Positions 51,131 through 59,419 of a stretch of 64,000 nucleotides of DNA are shown here, in pieces (the first letter of the stretch is position 1; each line of letters opens with the position of its first letter). The translations under genes were made by a program, and so were the position numbers. Where the stretch lies: NCBI GenBank assembly GCA_963845245.1, contig CAWJRJ010000017.1:32001-96000 (forward strand), in the 5' to 3' direction. The DNA is from Nitrospirota bacterium. GTDB taxonomy: Bacteria > Nitrospirota > JACRHJ01. The notes under the pieces are model-generated. The model did not search any database. It was not told where the DNA came from and saw nothing but the letters and a program-made list of their open reading frames with translations.

Positions 51131-52451
51131 ATGAAAATAAAATTCATATACCCCGAATGGGGAAATTTTCCGCTCTACTACAGGCGGTTCATACACACAC
51201 TCGGGCCTATCACCGTCGCCGGGCTTACGCCTCCGGGGATCGAGACAACGCTTACGGACGAGCGCATCGAGAAGATCGACTTCGACGAGCCGGCCGACAT
51301 GGTCGCCATATCGGCGATGACATGCCAGGCCAAGCGCGCCTACGATATCGCCGACACCTACCGCGCGAAAGGCGTCCCGGTTGTCATGGGCGGGATACAC
51401 CCGTCGCTCTCGCCGGATGAGTCGGCCCTGCATGCGGACGCGGTTGTCGTGGGCGAGGCGGAGGGCACATGGGAGCGGCTTGTCGCCGACTTCCAGGCTG
51501 GAAAGATGGAAAGGTTCTATAAATGCATTGAGCGGCCCAAGATGGAAGAGGTCGCATGGCCCAGGCGCGAGCTGCTCAACGGCAAGGGTTACATACCGAT
51601 GCAGTCTCTCCAGGTCTCGCGCGGCTGCCCGGTGAACTGCGAGTTCTGCTCGGTGCCGGGTCTGTTCGGCACATCCTACCGCGGCAGGCCGGTAAAGGAG
51701 GCCCTTGCCGAGCTTGAGAAGATGGGCCAGTATATCTTCTTCGTGGACGACAACTTCCACCTGGCCAAACGCCGCAGCTATGAGCTGTTCGACGGGCTGG
51801 AAGGCATGGGGAAGAAATGGACCGGGCTTGCGCCGCTGAACGTTGCCCAGGACCCGGAATACGTAAAGAGGCTGGTGAAGTCCGGCTGCTGGCTGCTCTA
51901 CGTGGACGTCGGGCCATGGATGTCGGCGTCGTTCGGCGAGAAGCGCGCGGGCTTTACTACTGCCGAGAAGCACCTCGAGAACATCAAGATACTGCATGAC
52001 GCCGGCATAAAGCTTATCGCGTCGTTCGTATTCGGGTACGACTACGACGACAAGGGCGTGTTCGAGAGGACGGTGGAGTTCGCAAAAAAGACCGGGATAG
52101 AGGAGTGCGAGTTCCTGATACTCACCCCTTACCCGAACACGCGGCTGCACACCAAGCTTTCTGGCAGAGGGCAGGATAATAGACCACGACCTGTCGAAGT
52201 ACACCACTACCAAAGTCGTATACAGGCCCAGGCTGATGACCCCGGACGAACTGTACGAGGGTTATCTGTTCGCCTGGAAGGAGTTCTACTCAAAGGACAT
52301 CGTTGAGGATACAGATGACGGCGTGCTGATAAAGACGATGGCCCAGTTCCCGATAAACCCGTCTGCATTCGACAAAATGATAGACGAACGATACCGGCCG
52401 GAGGACAAGTGGGTCGAGAGCTTCGTGAAAAGGGAACGGCTTGGGTTCTGA
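51131..52451 (+). CDS. B12-binding radical SAM protein (frameshift near 52160)
   Basis: MGGIHPS, VGEAEG, SRGCPVNCEFC, FVDDN, LTPYPNT. Confidence 0.9.
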
Positions 52452-52472
52452 GGGTTTTCTGTAAAGTCTATA

Positions 52473-52628
52473 TCACTGGGGTAGAGAGCTGTTGATGTAG
52501 CAGTACTTGTTCTGGACCGTGTCCCCGAAATAACCCAGCATCAGGAACACTACAAGCATGACAAAAAGGAGAGTGAAAGCGTATTCCGTAAGTGTCTGGC
52601 CTTTATTGTCTGACAAGTAACTTTTCAT
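52473..52628 (-). CDS. flp: Flp/Tad (type IVc) pilin, 51 aa, absent from the ORF track
   Basis: Hand translation MKSYLSDNKG|QTLTEYAFTLLFVMLVVFLMLGYFGDTVQNKYCYINSSLPQ: prepilin cleavage Gly, E5-Y6, hydrophobic helix; AAGGAG RBS. Confidence 0.85.
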   Translation of the reverse strand: MKSYLSDNKGQTLTEYAFTLLFVMLVVFLMLGYFGDTVQNKYCYINSSLPQ

Positions 52629-52786
52629 GCAGAGCTCCTTCATTTAGTTTTTATCATATATATACCATAATTATCTTAAATATGCAAAAATTAGCTGGAT
52701 GCCAGGCCTGATTGGAGAAGCACGTCATTTTTCTCTTGCGGGTAGAGCCATAAGGCAATAGAATATCTCACACTACACAATTCATA

Positions 52787-53335
52787 GTGAGGCTCAACGT
52801 GAAAGAACTATTGAACGGGCAGGTCGTTTACCACGCCGGGTTCGGGACCGGCAGGGTTGTAAACCTCGACGGGGAGCGTGTTATAGTCAACTTCGTAAAG
52901 GTTGGCGCGAAGTTCTTCACTCATTCCACCGCCGAGGCCGAGCTTTCATTCGAACCTTTTGAAGATGACGAAGCCGATGACGCGCTGGACACCGACGAAC
53001 TGAAGAATGCCATCCGTGAGGTGCTTCGGGAAGAGGGCCTTATCGGAACAATCGACCTCGGCGAAAAATGGGATGGCGGCGAGATGCTGCTGAAGCCCGG
53101 CAAGGCTGGTTTACAGGAGAAGTCGGTGCCGATTGAAACTTTCTTTCACAAGATAGTGATGGTCAGGAACAACCTGCGTGTCCTTGAGCAGAACATAAAT
53201 GCCTCCGAGAAGCTCACTGACGAGGACAAGGTCAACCTCCAGCAGTATATAACCCGCTGTTATGGCTCGCTCACTACGTTCAATATGCTTTTCGCCGACA
53301 AAAAGGACTGGTTCGTAGGGGCAAAGAAGGACTAA
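52787..53335 (+). CDS. Hypothetical protein (N-terminal SH3/Tudor-like H..FG.G.V motif)
   Basis: PIETFFHKIVMVRNNLRVLEQ...YITRCYGSLTTFN looks like a conserved uncharacterised family. Confidence 0.75.
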   Translation: MRLNVKELLNGQVVYHAGFGTGRVVNLDGERVIVNFVKVGAKFFTHSTAEAELSFEPFEDDEADDALDTDELKNAIREVLREEGLIGTIDLGEKWDGGEMLLKPGKAGLQEKSVPIETFFHKIVMVRNNLRVLEQNINASEKLTDEDKVNLQQYITRCYGSLTTFNMLFADKKDWFVGAKKD

Positions 53336-53356
53336 CCTATATTATACGGAGGACGT

Positions 53357-54106
53357 TTGATGTTTTGTCCTGTATGCGGTTCCAAAATATATAAAGGCGC
53401 AAAGTACTGCACAAAATGCGGCCTGAGGTTATTGCCCGACGACGTCCCTCCTCCTCCGCTTAAACCCGTCCATATTCCGGAAGAGGATGAAGAAGCAAAG
53501 AAAAAGGAATTGCTGATTGCCAACGTGAGGATGAAACCCGTAACATCAATTGCAAACCTGCTGTCTATCTTTTACTTTGTCCTGGTCCTGTTGATGTTCT
53601 ATAAACTACACCCGCGTACGGATAATATGCTGGTGACTTTTGTCCAGTGCATAGGATACTCCTCTCCTGTATTGTTTCTGGCGGTCCTGTACAACTCTAT
53701 AAAAGGCAAGGCTGAATTTGTCCGCAGTCTCTCGTTCGTAGTAACGGTATTTTTCATAATGTTAACTATACTTGGCGAGATGGGCAGGTATGGCGTGGCT
53801 GGCGGTAGGTTGGCGAACTTCGTCTCGCTTGAAGAAAGTTGGATGGGCGTAAATTGCCAGTACGTCAACTGTAATTCAAACCAGGATATAAAGGAATCTT
53901 TGATCGACCTTGAGTCAGGCGGGGAGTTTCATCTTGTCATGCCATTGCCTATGAAAAAGGTGTACCTTGTAGACCCTGCCATTGCAAGTATTGACGTATT
54001 AACTCCGACAGATGCAAGGGTGACAGGAAAATCCAAAGGCAGTACCGTGCTTGCAGTATGGGATCTCTCTGGGAAGGAGACCCGGTTTAAGGTAGAGGTA
54101 AAGTGA
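53357..54106 (+). CDS. Zinc-ribbon, 3 TM, pilus-formation N-terminal-like domain protein
   Basis: FCPVCG...YCTKCG; C-terminal VDPAIA...VTGKSKGSTVLAVWD resembles the CpaC/RcpA N-domain. Confidence 0.7.
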   Translation: MMFCPVCGSKIYKGAKYCTKCGLRLLPDDVPPPPLKPVHIPEEDEEAKKKELLIANVRMKPVTSIANLLSIFYFVLVLLMFYKLHPRTDNMLVTFVQCIGYSSPVLFLAVLYNSIKGKAEFVRSLSFVVTVFFIMLTILGEMGRYGVAGGRLANFVSLEESWMGVNCQYVNCNSNQDIKESLIDLESGGEFHLVMPLPMKKVYLVDPAIASIDVLTPTDARVTGKSKGSTVLAVWDLSGKETRFKVEVK

Positions 54107-54118
54107 CGGCCAACTTAT

Positions 54119-54727
54119 TTACTTCAGCCGCTCTATTCTCAAAACAGGGTGCAGCTCGATGTCGTTCTTTGCGCGGCCTTCCTGAAAATGCGGGATATCC
54201 ACGAATGCAACGCCGGTGAGCCTGAAAAGCCCCCCACGTGTCCCGTGCCTCTTTCCGTCCTGATTTATCTTGCCGTCCCTCGTGCCAGACTTCCTGAACT
54301 CATCCCAGACACGCCGGAACTCCATTGCGTATGGCGAGTCTTTGACGTTCGGGCAGTCCGGGTTCGGCACTTCGGCAATCAACGTATACTTTGGATATTT
54401 CGGGTCGGAGACGACAAGGTTTAAGTCATCGTCTTCCTCGGCGATGCTGTATGACTTTATCCTGCAGACTACCTCGTAGGTATTGAACTCGTGCCCCTGC
54501 CTGCCGGACTCTATGGGATAAGGGTAGATTTTAGTCTTGATACTGACAAGCCTTCTGACCGTAGTCTTCTTCGGTCTGAAGTTTATCTTTTTTGTGCCGG
54601 GGTCTTTCAGGGTCTTTACAGCCCAGCGTGTGGAAGGCAGGCATATAAGTGCTTGTGCGCTGGTGGTCGTCAATAACAGGCAGAGGACCGCAATAGATGC
54701 GAACCAGATTTTTATGTTTGTCCTCAT
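54119..54727 (-). CDS. Exported hypothetical protein (OB-fold-like)
   Basis: Signal peptide; RWAVKT, EDDDLNL, IAEVP, IELHPV. Confidence 0.7.
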   Translation of the reverse strand: MRTNIKIWFASIAVLCLLLTTTSAQALICLPSTRWAVKTLKDPGTKKINFRPKKTTVRRLVSIKTKIYPYPIESGRQGHEFNTYEVVCRIKSYSIAEEDDDLNLVVSDPKYPKYTLIAEVPNPDCPNVKDSPYAMEFRRVWDEFRKSGTRDGKINQDGKRHGTRGGLFRLTGVAFVDIPHFQEGRAKNDIELHPVLRIERLK

Positions 54728-54776
54728 GCCATAAATATAACATTAATCCGCGGATAAGGCAGGCATGTGTAAGCAT

Positions 54777-54800
54777 AAAAGGCCCGGTTTCAGCCGGGCC
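54777..54800 (-). terminator. Terminator after the flavoprotein gene
   Basis: ggcccgg/ccgggcc stem with T4 on the minus strand. Confidence 0.6.
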
Positions 54801-54809
54801 CCCAAGGTT

Positions 54810-55385
54810 CTATGCGTTTATTTTCTTAAGCAACCAGGCCATGTTCTGGCCCAAGGTACGCATAGTCTCGATGCCCTCGCGGTCGTTGTCCACCTCGCCC
54901 TTTTCGCGGCCTATGCCTATGTTCCAGTAACTGGAGCCCGGGATTATCATCTGGTTTATCGTAAAAAAGTGGTTCATCGTGTCAAAGACATGGATCGCGC
55001 CCGCACGCCTTACGGCAACGATTGCCGCCCCTACCTTCCGTATCAGCAGATGGTCATTTGCCCTCGACACCATCCCGGCACGGTCCATGGTGGCCTTTAT
55101 CTCTGAGCTGACGTCGGCGAAATAGGTGGGTGAGCCTAGTATTATGCCGTCGGATGCGACCATTTTGTCTATGCATTCGTTCAGAACGTCGCCCTTCACG
55201 GCGCAATGCCCGTCCTTGTTCTTGAAGCATTTGAAGCAGGCGGTGCAGCCCCGTATCTTCCTGCCGGACAGCTGGTAGAGTTCGGTCTCGATACCTTCTT
55301 TCTCAAGCTCTTCGAACACGAATTTGATAAGGGACGCAGTATTGCCGTCTTTACGCGCGCTTCCGTTGAATGCAGTGACTTTCAT
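54810..55385 (-). CDS. Iron-sulfur flavoprotein (flavodoxin-like FMN reductase family)
   Basis: NGSARKDGNT, CTACFKC.....C, GSPTYF, RRAGA. Confidence 0.9.
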   Translation of the reverse strand: MKVTAFNGSARKDGNTASLIKFVFEELEKEGIETELYQLSGRKIRGCTACFKCFKNKDGHCAVKGDVLNECIDKMVASDGIILGSPTYFADVSSEIKATMDRAGMVSRANDHLLIRKVGAAIVAVRRAGAIHVFDTMNHFFTINQMIIPGSSYWNIGIGREKGEVDNDREGIETMRTLGQNMAWLLKKINA

Positions 55386-55403
55386 GACGCCTCTCCCTCC
55401 ATT

Positions 55404-56861
55404 TTACGCGCCCGCGTTTCCAGGTCCAGCCGGGATAATCAGGGTGAAAACGCTCCCTTTTCCCTCGGTGCTTTCAAGCTCGACACTGCCGCCGTGCGCC
55501 AAGGCAATTGACTTGACTATAGCCAGCCCCAGGCCGCTGCCCTTGGTCCCTTTGGAGCTTCTTGAACGGTAATATTTCTGGAATATCCTGTCCCTTTCGC
55601 TTTCGGGTATGCCTGGCCCAGTATCGGAAAACGAGACGGCGACGGAGTCGACACCATCCACCATTCGTTTCTCGGCGTTAATGGTGACAGTTCCGCCTGC
55701 ACGCGTATATTTTAGGGCATTCTGGAGCAGGTTGCAGCAGGCACGCCGGATAAGGTTTCTGTCTACCCTGGCCGTGGCCACACCATTGCCGATATCCCGT
55801 ATCAGGGTGATACCCTTGTTTGCAGCAGCAAGCATGTATTCGCCGAACACGCTTTCAATAAGCTCGTGCATGGATTCTTTCGATTTTAAAATCTCTAACC
55901 TGGAATGCTCGATTGCCGAAAATGTCATGAAGTCTTCCATCATGTTTGACAGCATAAGGCTGCTGCTGTCTATCTTTTTTATCATCTCCAGGAGGTCTTT
56001 ATTAGCGCTGTCTTTGTATAGTTCCATGATGACCTGTGTATAGCCTATTATGCTGGTAAGAGGAGAGCGCAGGTCATGTGTTATCATCGCGTAGAAATCC
56101 TCTTTCTCGCGTTCCAATGTCTTCCGCTCTGTTATGTCCTGTACGGTGCCTATTATGGCCGGCCTGCCGTTGAAAACGGTGCCGGCCCCGTAGCTTTCTA
56201 TGTCCGCAAGTGTTCCGTCTTTTCTGATGTAGTGATAATTGTGGCAGATACTTTTCTCGGCGCCGGTTGAAAGTTTCTCGATGTTTGACCGTACAAGTTC
56301 TTTGTCCTCTGGCGCAATAATCTTCAACGGTGATACATTGTAAAACTCTTCCGCCGAATAGCCCGAGATTTCAGAGATCCTCGGGTTGGCATAAACAAGT
56401 CTGCCGTCCTGGATTATAAACACACCGATGGGCGCGCCCTCTACCAGGCTCCTGAATTTTTCTTCTGACTCCTTCAGGGCTTCGTTCAGCTTCCGCCGTT
56501 CGGTAACGTCCCGTACTACTTCTACGCCGGCATATATATTTCCTGCCTCGTCCATGAGAGGGGAGGTTGTTTTCTCCACAAAAAACTTCCTGCCATTTTG
56601 TTCGGCGGCCTTTTCCTGCTTGTGAGTTTTACCGTCGGCAAAGGTGAGTGCAAGCGTACAACCCGGGCAGACAGACTCTCTCTCTCCGTAGGCGCTATAG
56701 CAGAATTCACCGACATGTTCGCCTGTGAGCTTTTTCTGGGCGTTGTTCTGATAGATTATCCTGAAATCCCTGTCCTGGATGGTTATACCATCGCCCAGGT
56801 TCTCAAGGACTTCATCGTATTTGCATTTTTCATGCACAGGCGGACCCATTATCTGTTTCAT
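55404..56861 (-). CDS. Cytoplasmic PAS-PAS sensor histidine kinase
   Basis: THDLRSPL H-box, NLLQNALKY, DTGPG, GSGLGL; first PAS has CY...CPGC. Confidence 0.92.
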   Translation of the reverse strand: MKQIMGPPVHEKCKYDEVLENLGDGITIQDRDFRIIYQNNAQKKLTGEHVGEFCYSAYGERESVCPGCTLALTFADGKTHKQEKAAEQNGRKFFVEKTTSPLMDEAGNIYAGVEVVRDVTERRKLNEALKESEEKFRSLVEGAPIGVFIIQDGRLVYANPRISEISGYSAEEFYNVSPLKIIAPEDKELVRSNIEKLSTGAEKSICHNYHYIRKDGTLADIESYGAGTVFNGRPAIIGTVQDITERKTLEREKEDFYAMITHDLRSPLTSIIGYTQVIMELYKDSANKDLLEMIKKIDSSSLMLSNMMEDFMTFSAIEHSRLEILKSKESMHELIESVFGEYMLAAANKGITLIRDIGNGVATARVDRNLIRRACCNLLQNALKYTRAGGTVTINAEKRMVDGVDSVAVSFSDTGPGIPESERDRIFQKYYRSRSSKGTKGSGLGLAIVKSIALAHGGSVELESTEGKGSVFTLIIPAGPGNAGA

Positions 56862-57055
56862 TTGTCATCGATATTATTACTTCTTTCTTGATATCATAAT
56901 AATCAAACTAAATGAAATGTAAAGCAATTATTGCACAATGGGTGCAAACCTGTACTTTAAGACAGTATGCGGTTGAATAGTTATTAATTATATCAAAATC
57001 TGGCGCAAGTGTTTATATAGACTTGGGAGGTGTTCAAGGCTGGTTTTAAGATGTG

Positions 57056-57087
57056 ATATAAAAGGGCCGTTTCCGGCCCTTTTATAT
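57056..57087. terminator. Bidirectional-type terminator
   Basis: atataaaagggccg-tttc-cggcccttttatat 14-bp perfect stem. Confidence 0.8.
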
Positions 57088-57101
57088 TGTATGCTTTTTT
57101 G

Positions 57102-57680
57102 TCAGAACTTTACATGATACATGCAAGCGTTTCCGTCGATCTTTTTATCGATCTCTTCCTGTGTCATACTCACACGGCTCGTGCCCTCCGTCGCATAGAC
57201 GACTTTGCCTGAGGCGAGGGACCTGCATGCGACCTGGTACACAAGCATCCGGCCTCCGTTGACCTTGATGCTCTCTCCGACCTGCTCGCGTATCACCTGG
57301 TGCACAATGCAGAAAGGGTGGATAATCGCCCCTTTTGATTTATATAGCGCTACGTACTTCTGCACCACCTCGAGATAATATTTGGGGAGCTTGCCATCTT
57401 CCTTGAGAGATTCCACAAGCTTTCCCATCGGGCATTTTTTAAGTACGAAAACATTGCCATCCCTTAAAGAACTTCCTTCAAGGGCTTCAAGGGGTGAACC
57501 GCCTCTGTCATGGGCGTCTATAAACTCTTGTGTGCTTTTATAGCTCTTCAGGTCCATTTCCTTTATTATGAGGTTTGCCATTGCCTGAAGGTCGTGCAGG
57601 ATGGCCCCGAACATCTTCTTTTCCGGGGGTATGACTTTTAGAGCCCAGTCCTTGGTCAGTTTTTTCTCCAGAAGCGACAT
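57102..57680 (-). CDS. Hypothetical Cys-containing protein (V4R-like pattern)
   Basis: KCPM...FCIVH...AC...CMY. Confidence 0.7.
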   Translation of the reverse strand: MSLLEKKLTKDWALKVIPPEKKMFGAILHDLQAMANLIIKEMDLKSYKSTQEFIDAHDRGGSPLEALEGSSLRDGNVFVLKKCPMGKLVESLKEDGKLPKYYLEVVQKYVALYKSKGAIIHPFCIVHQVIREQVGESIKVNGGRMLVYQVACRSLASGKVVYATEGTSRVSMTQEEIDKKIDGNACMYHVKF

Positions 57681-57919
57681 GACTTCCACCTTTCCTGCTT
57701 TTGATGAATGCAAGGGTTAAGTAAAATGGAGCAAAACTCTAAGCCTAATGCATTATAACAATGCAATTAAAAAGGTCAAGAATAAAGTAGGATTAGTTAA
57801 TAGGAGCAATCATGCTTTGGAGGGGGCGCGCTTTCTCCTGGTTAGCTTATGCTGAACAGCCACCATCTTGCACTGCTTTTCTCGTCACGACCGGGGTTAA
57901 GGCTTCATCTACGAACCGT

Positions 57920-58363
57920 TCACGCTTGATCGCCATATTGTCCTTTGCGGCTTGCAGTGTAGCCCTTAAACTTGAGATAGTCGGCGAGCTCCTTGTCAGC
58001 CCTCTTTATGTGGTTCAGCAGCCATTCGACCGCTACATTGTTTGTGCGCTCGATCATTGCCGCGGAGCCTCCCTCTTCGTCGAACTGTTTACTGAGCCCC
58101 TGGATGTCCAGTATGAAACTCTCGTGCATCGCCTTATGCAGGGGATAACCGGGATAAGAGTAGTGCAGTTGGATGTTTTCTTCCGCGGTGAAGTGTATCA
58201 CTATGTAGTCTTCGAGGAACTTCAGGACGTCTCCCACCACGTCCAGGGCCTTGCCCTCCTGGCATGCTGCAAGCAGCGCATTAATGCGCCTGAACAGTTC
58301 CTTGTGCTGTTCGTCGATAGCCCTGATGCCTGTGTTGAGGTCGTCCGACCACTCGATCTCCAT
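57920..58363 (-). CDS. Bacteriohemerythrin
   Basis: WSDDLNTG...IDEQHKEL, HFTAEE, HKAMH, WLLNHIKRAD. Confidence 0.93.
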   Translation of the reverse strand: MEIEWSDDLNTGIRAIDEQHKELFRRINALLAACQEGKALDVVGDVLKFLEDYIVIHFTAEENIQLHYSYPGYPLHKAMHESFILDIQGLSKQFDEEGGSAAMIERTNNVAVEWLLNHIKRADKELADYLKFKGYTASRKGQYGDQA

Positions 58364-58392
58364 GAATAACCTCCTGCAATGCATTTGAACAT

Positions 58393-59175
58393 TTATTTTT
58401 TGTCTGCGCCCAAAGGGTCGCGTATTATACCTTTACCGCCTGATTCCTGATGCCCAGTATCCTTGAAGAGAGACAATAAATATTTCTTTAACGAGGCCCA
58501 AAATCCGAGTTCTTCCCCATTTTCCGCCTTACGTTTCTCGGTAATCCCTCTCTCTTCTTTGACGAGTCTTTCTTTTGTAGCGGGTTTTTTGTAGCCGACC
58601 TTCTCCGCGTTCTCCTTCTTAGCGACTTCAACGCGATCCCTTTTTGTAGGTTTTTTGTCGGTCACAGGTTTTACCGGTTCGTTTGCTTTGGCCAGCTCGA
58701 GGTTCCGCTTCCCACCAAAAATCAAATCAGCTCCTTCCGGTGACATCTTGGCATTGACATCCGCTGTGTTTTTCGACGGAACTGTGTCAATTCTATTTTC
58801 CGTTGTATTAATAAAAAACCATACTGCAAATGAGATAATAATTACAAAGGGTGTAATGTATATAATACTCCGCACGAAGAGCGTTTTACGGCTGGGATGT
58901 TTTCTTCCTGTAGCTTCAACGGTACCTTCTATTTCAGGCGGTTTCTGGGTTAGCGGATGCTTCTCTCCTAAATCATATGCGGCCGCAGAACCTTTTAAAT
59001 TATTGTCTGAAAGTTTAGCCTTGGCTATTTTCAGCTGAGTCACCAGGTTTCGTGAATTAATTTTCAGGGCATTATTATATTCAGCTATGGCTTCTTTATA
59101 GAGGTTATCTTTATATAGAGCATCGCCCTTTTCTATATAAATTTCTTCTTCTGTCTTGTTCTTGTTAGAATTCAT
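58393..59175 (-). CDS. TPR plus single-TM hypothetical protein
   Basis: KGDALY...EAIAEYNNALKIN TPR; TM IIYITPFVIIISFAVWFFI. Confidence 0.7.
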   Translation of the reverse strand: MNSNKNKTEEEIYIEKGDALYKDNLYKEAIAEYNNALKINSRNLVTQLKIAKAKLSDNNLKGSAAAYDLGEKHPLTQKPPEIEGTVEATGRKHPSRKTLFVRSIIYITPFVIIISFAVWFFINTTENRIDTVPSKNTADVNAKMSPEGADLIFGGKRNLELAKANEPVKPVTDKKPTKRDRVEVAKKENAEKVGYKKPATKERLVKEERGITEKRKAENGEELGFWASLKKYLLSLFKDTGHQESGGKGIIRDPLGADKK

Positions 59176-59419
59176 TTTTATCGACCTTAATATTGACCTG
59201 TTTACACTATTATACTAGTTCCGGAATCAGAGTCAACGATTACAAGGCGATTGACGGGCCGTGTAAAAATTCTAATCTGCTACCTGCCGACATTGATAGA
59301 GCTATCATTGTAGGGGACTCAAGGTTAATCTCTATACGTGCTATACTCTGTATAAATAAATGCATAATCCTGATAGCGACGGACCTGCATTAAACGGCAC
59401 AGCCTGAAGGAGGATTGCT

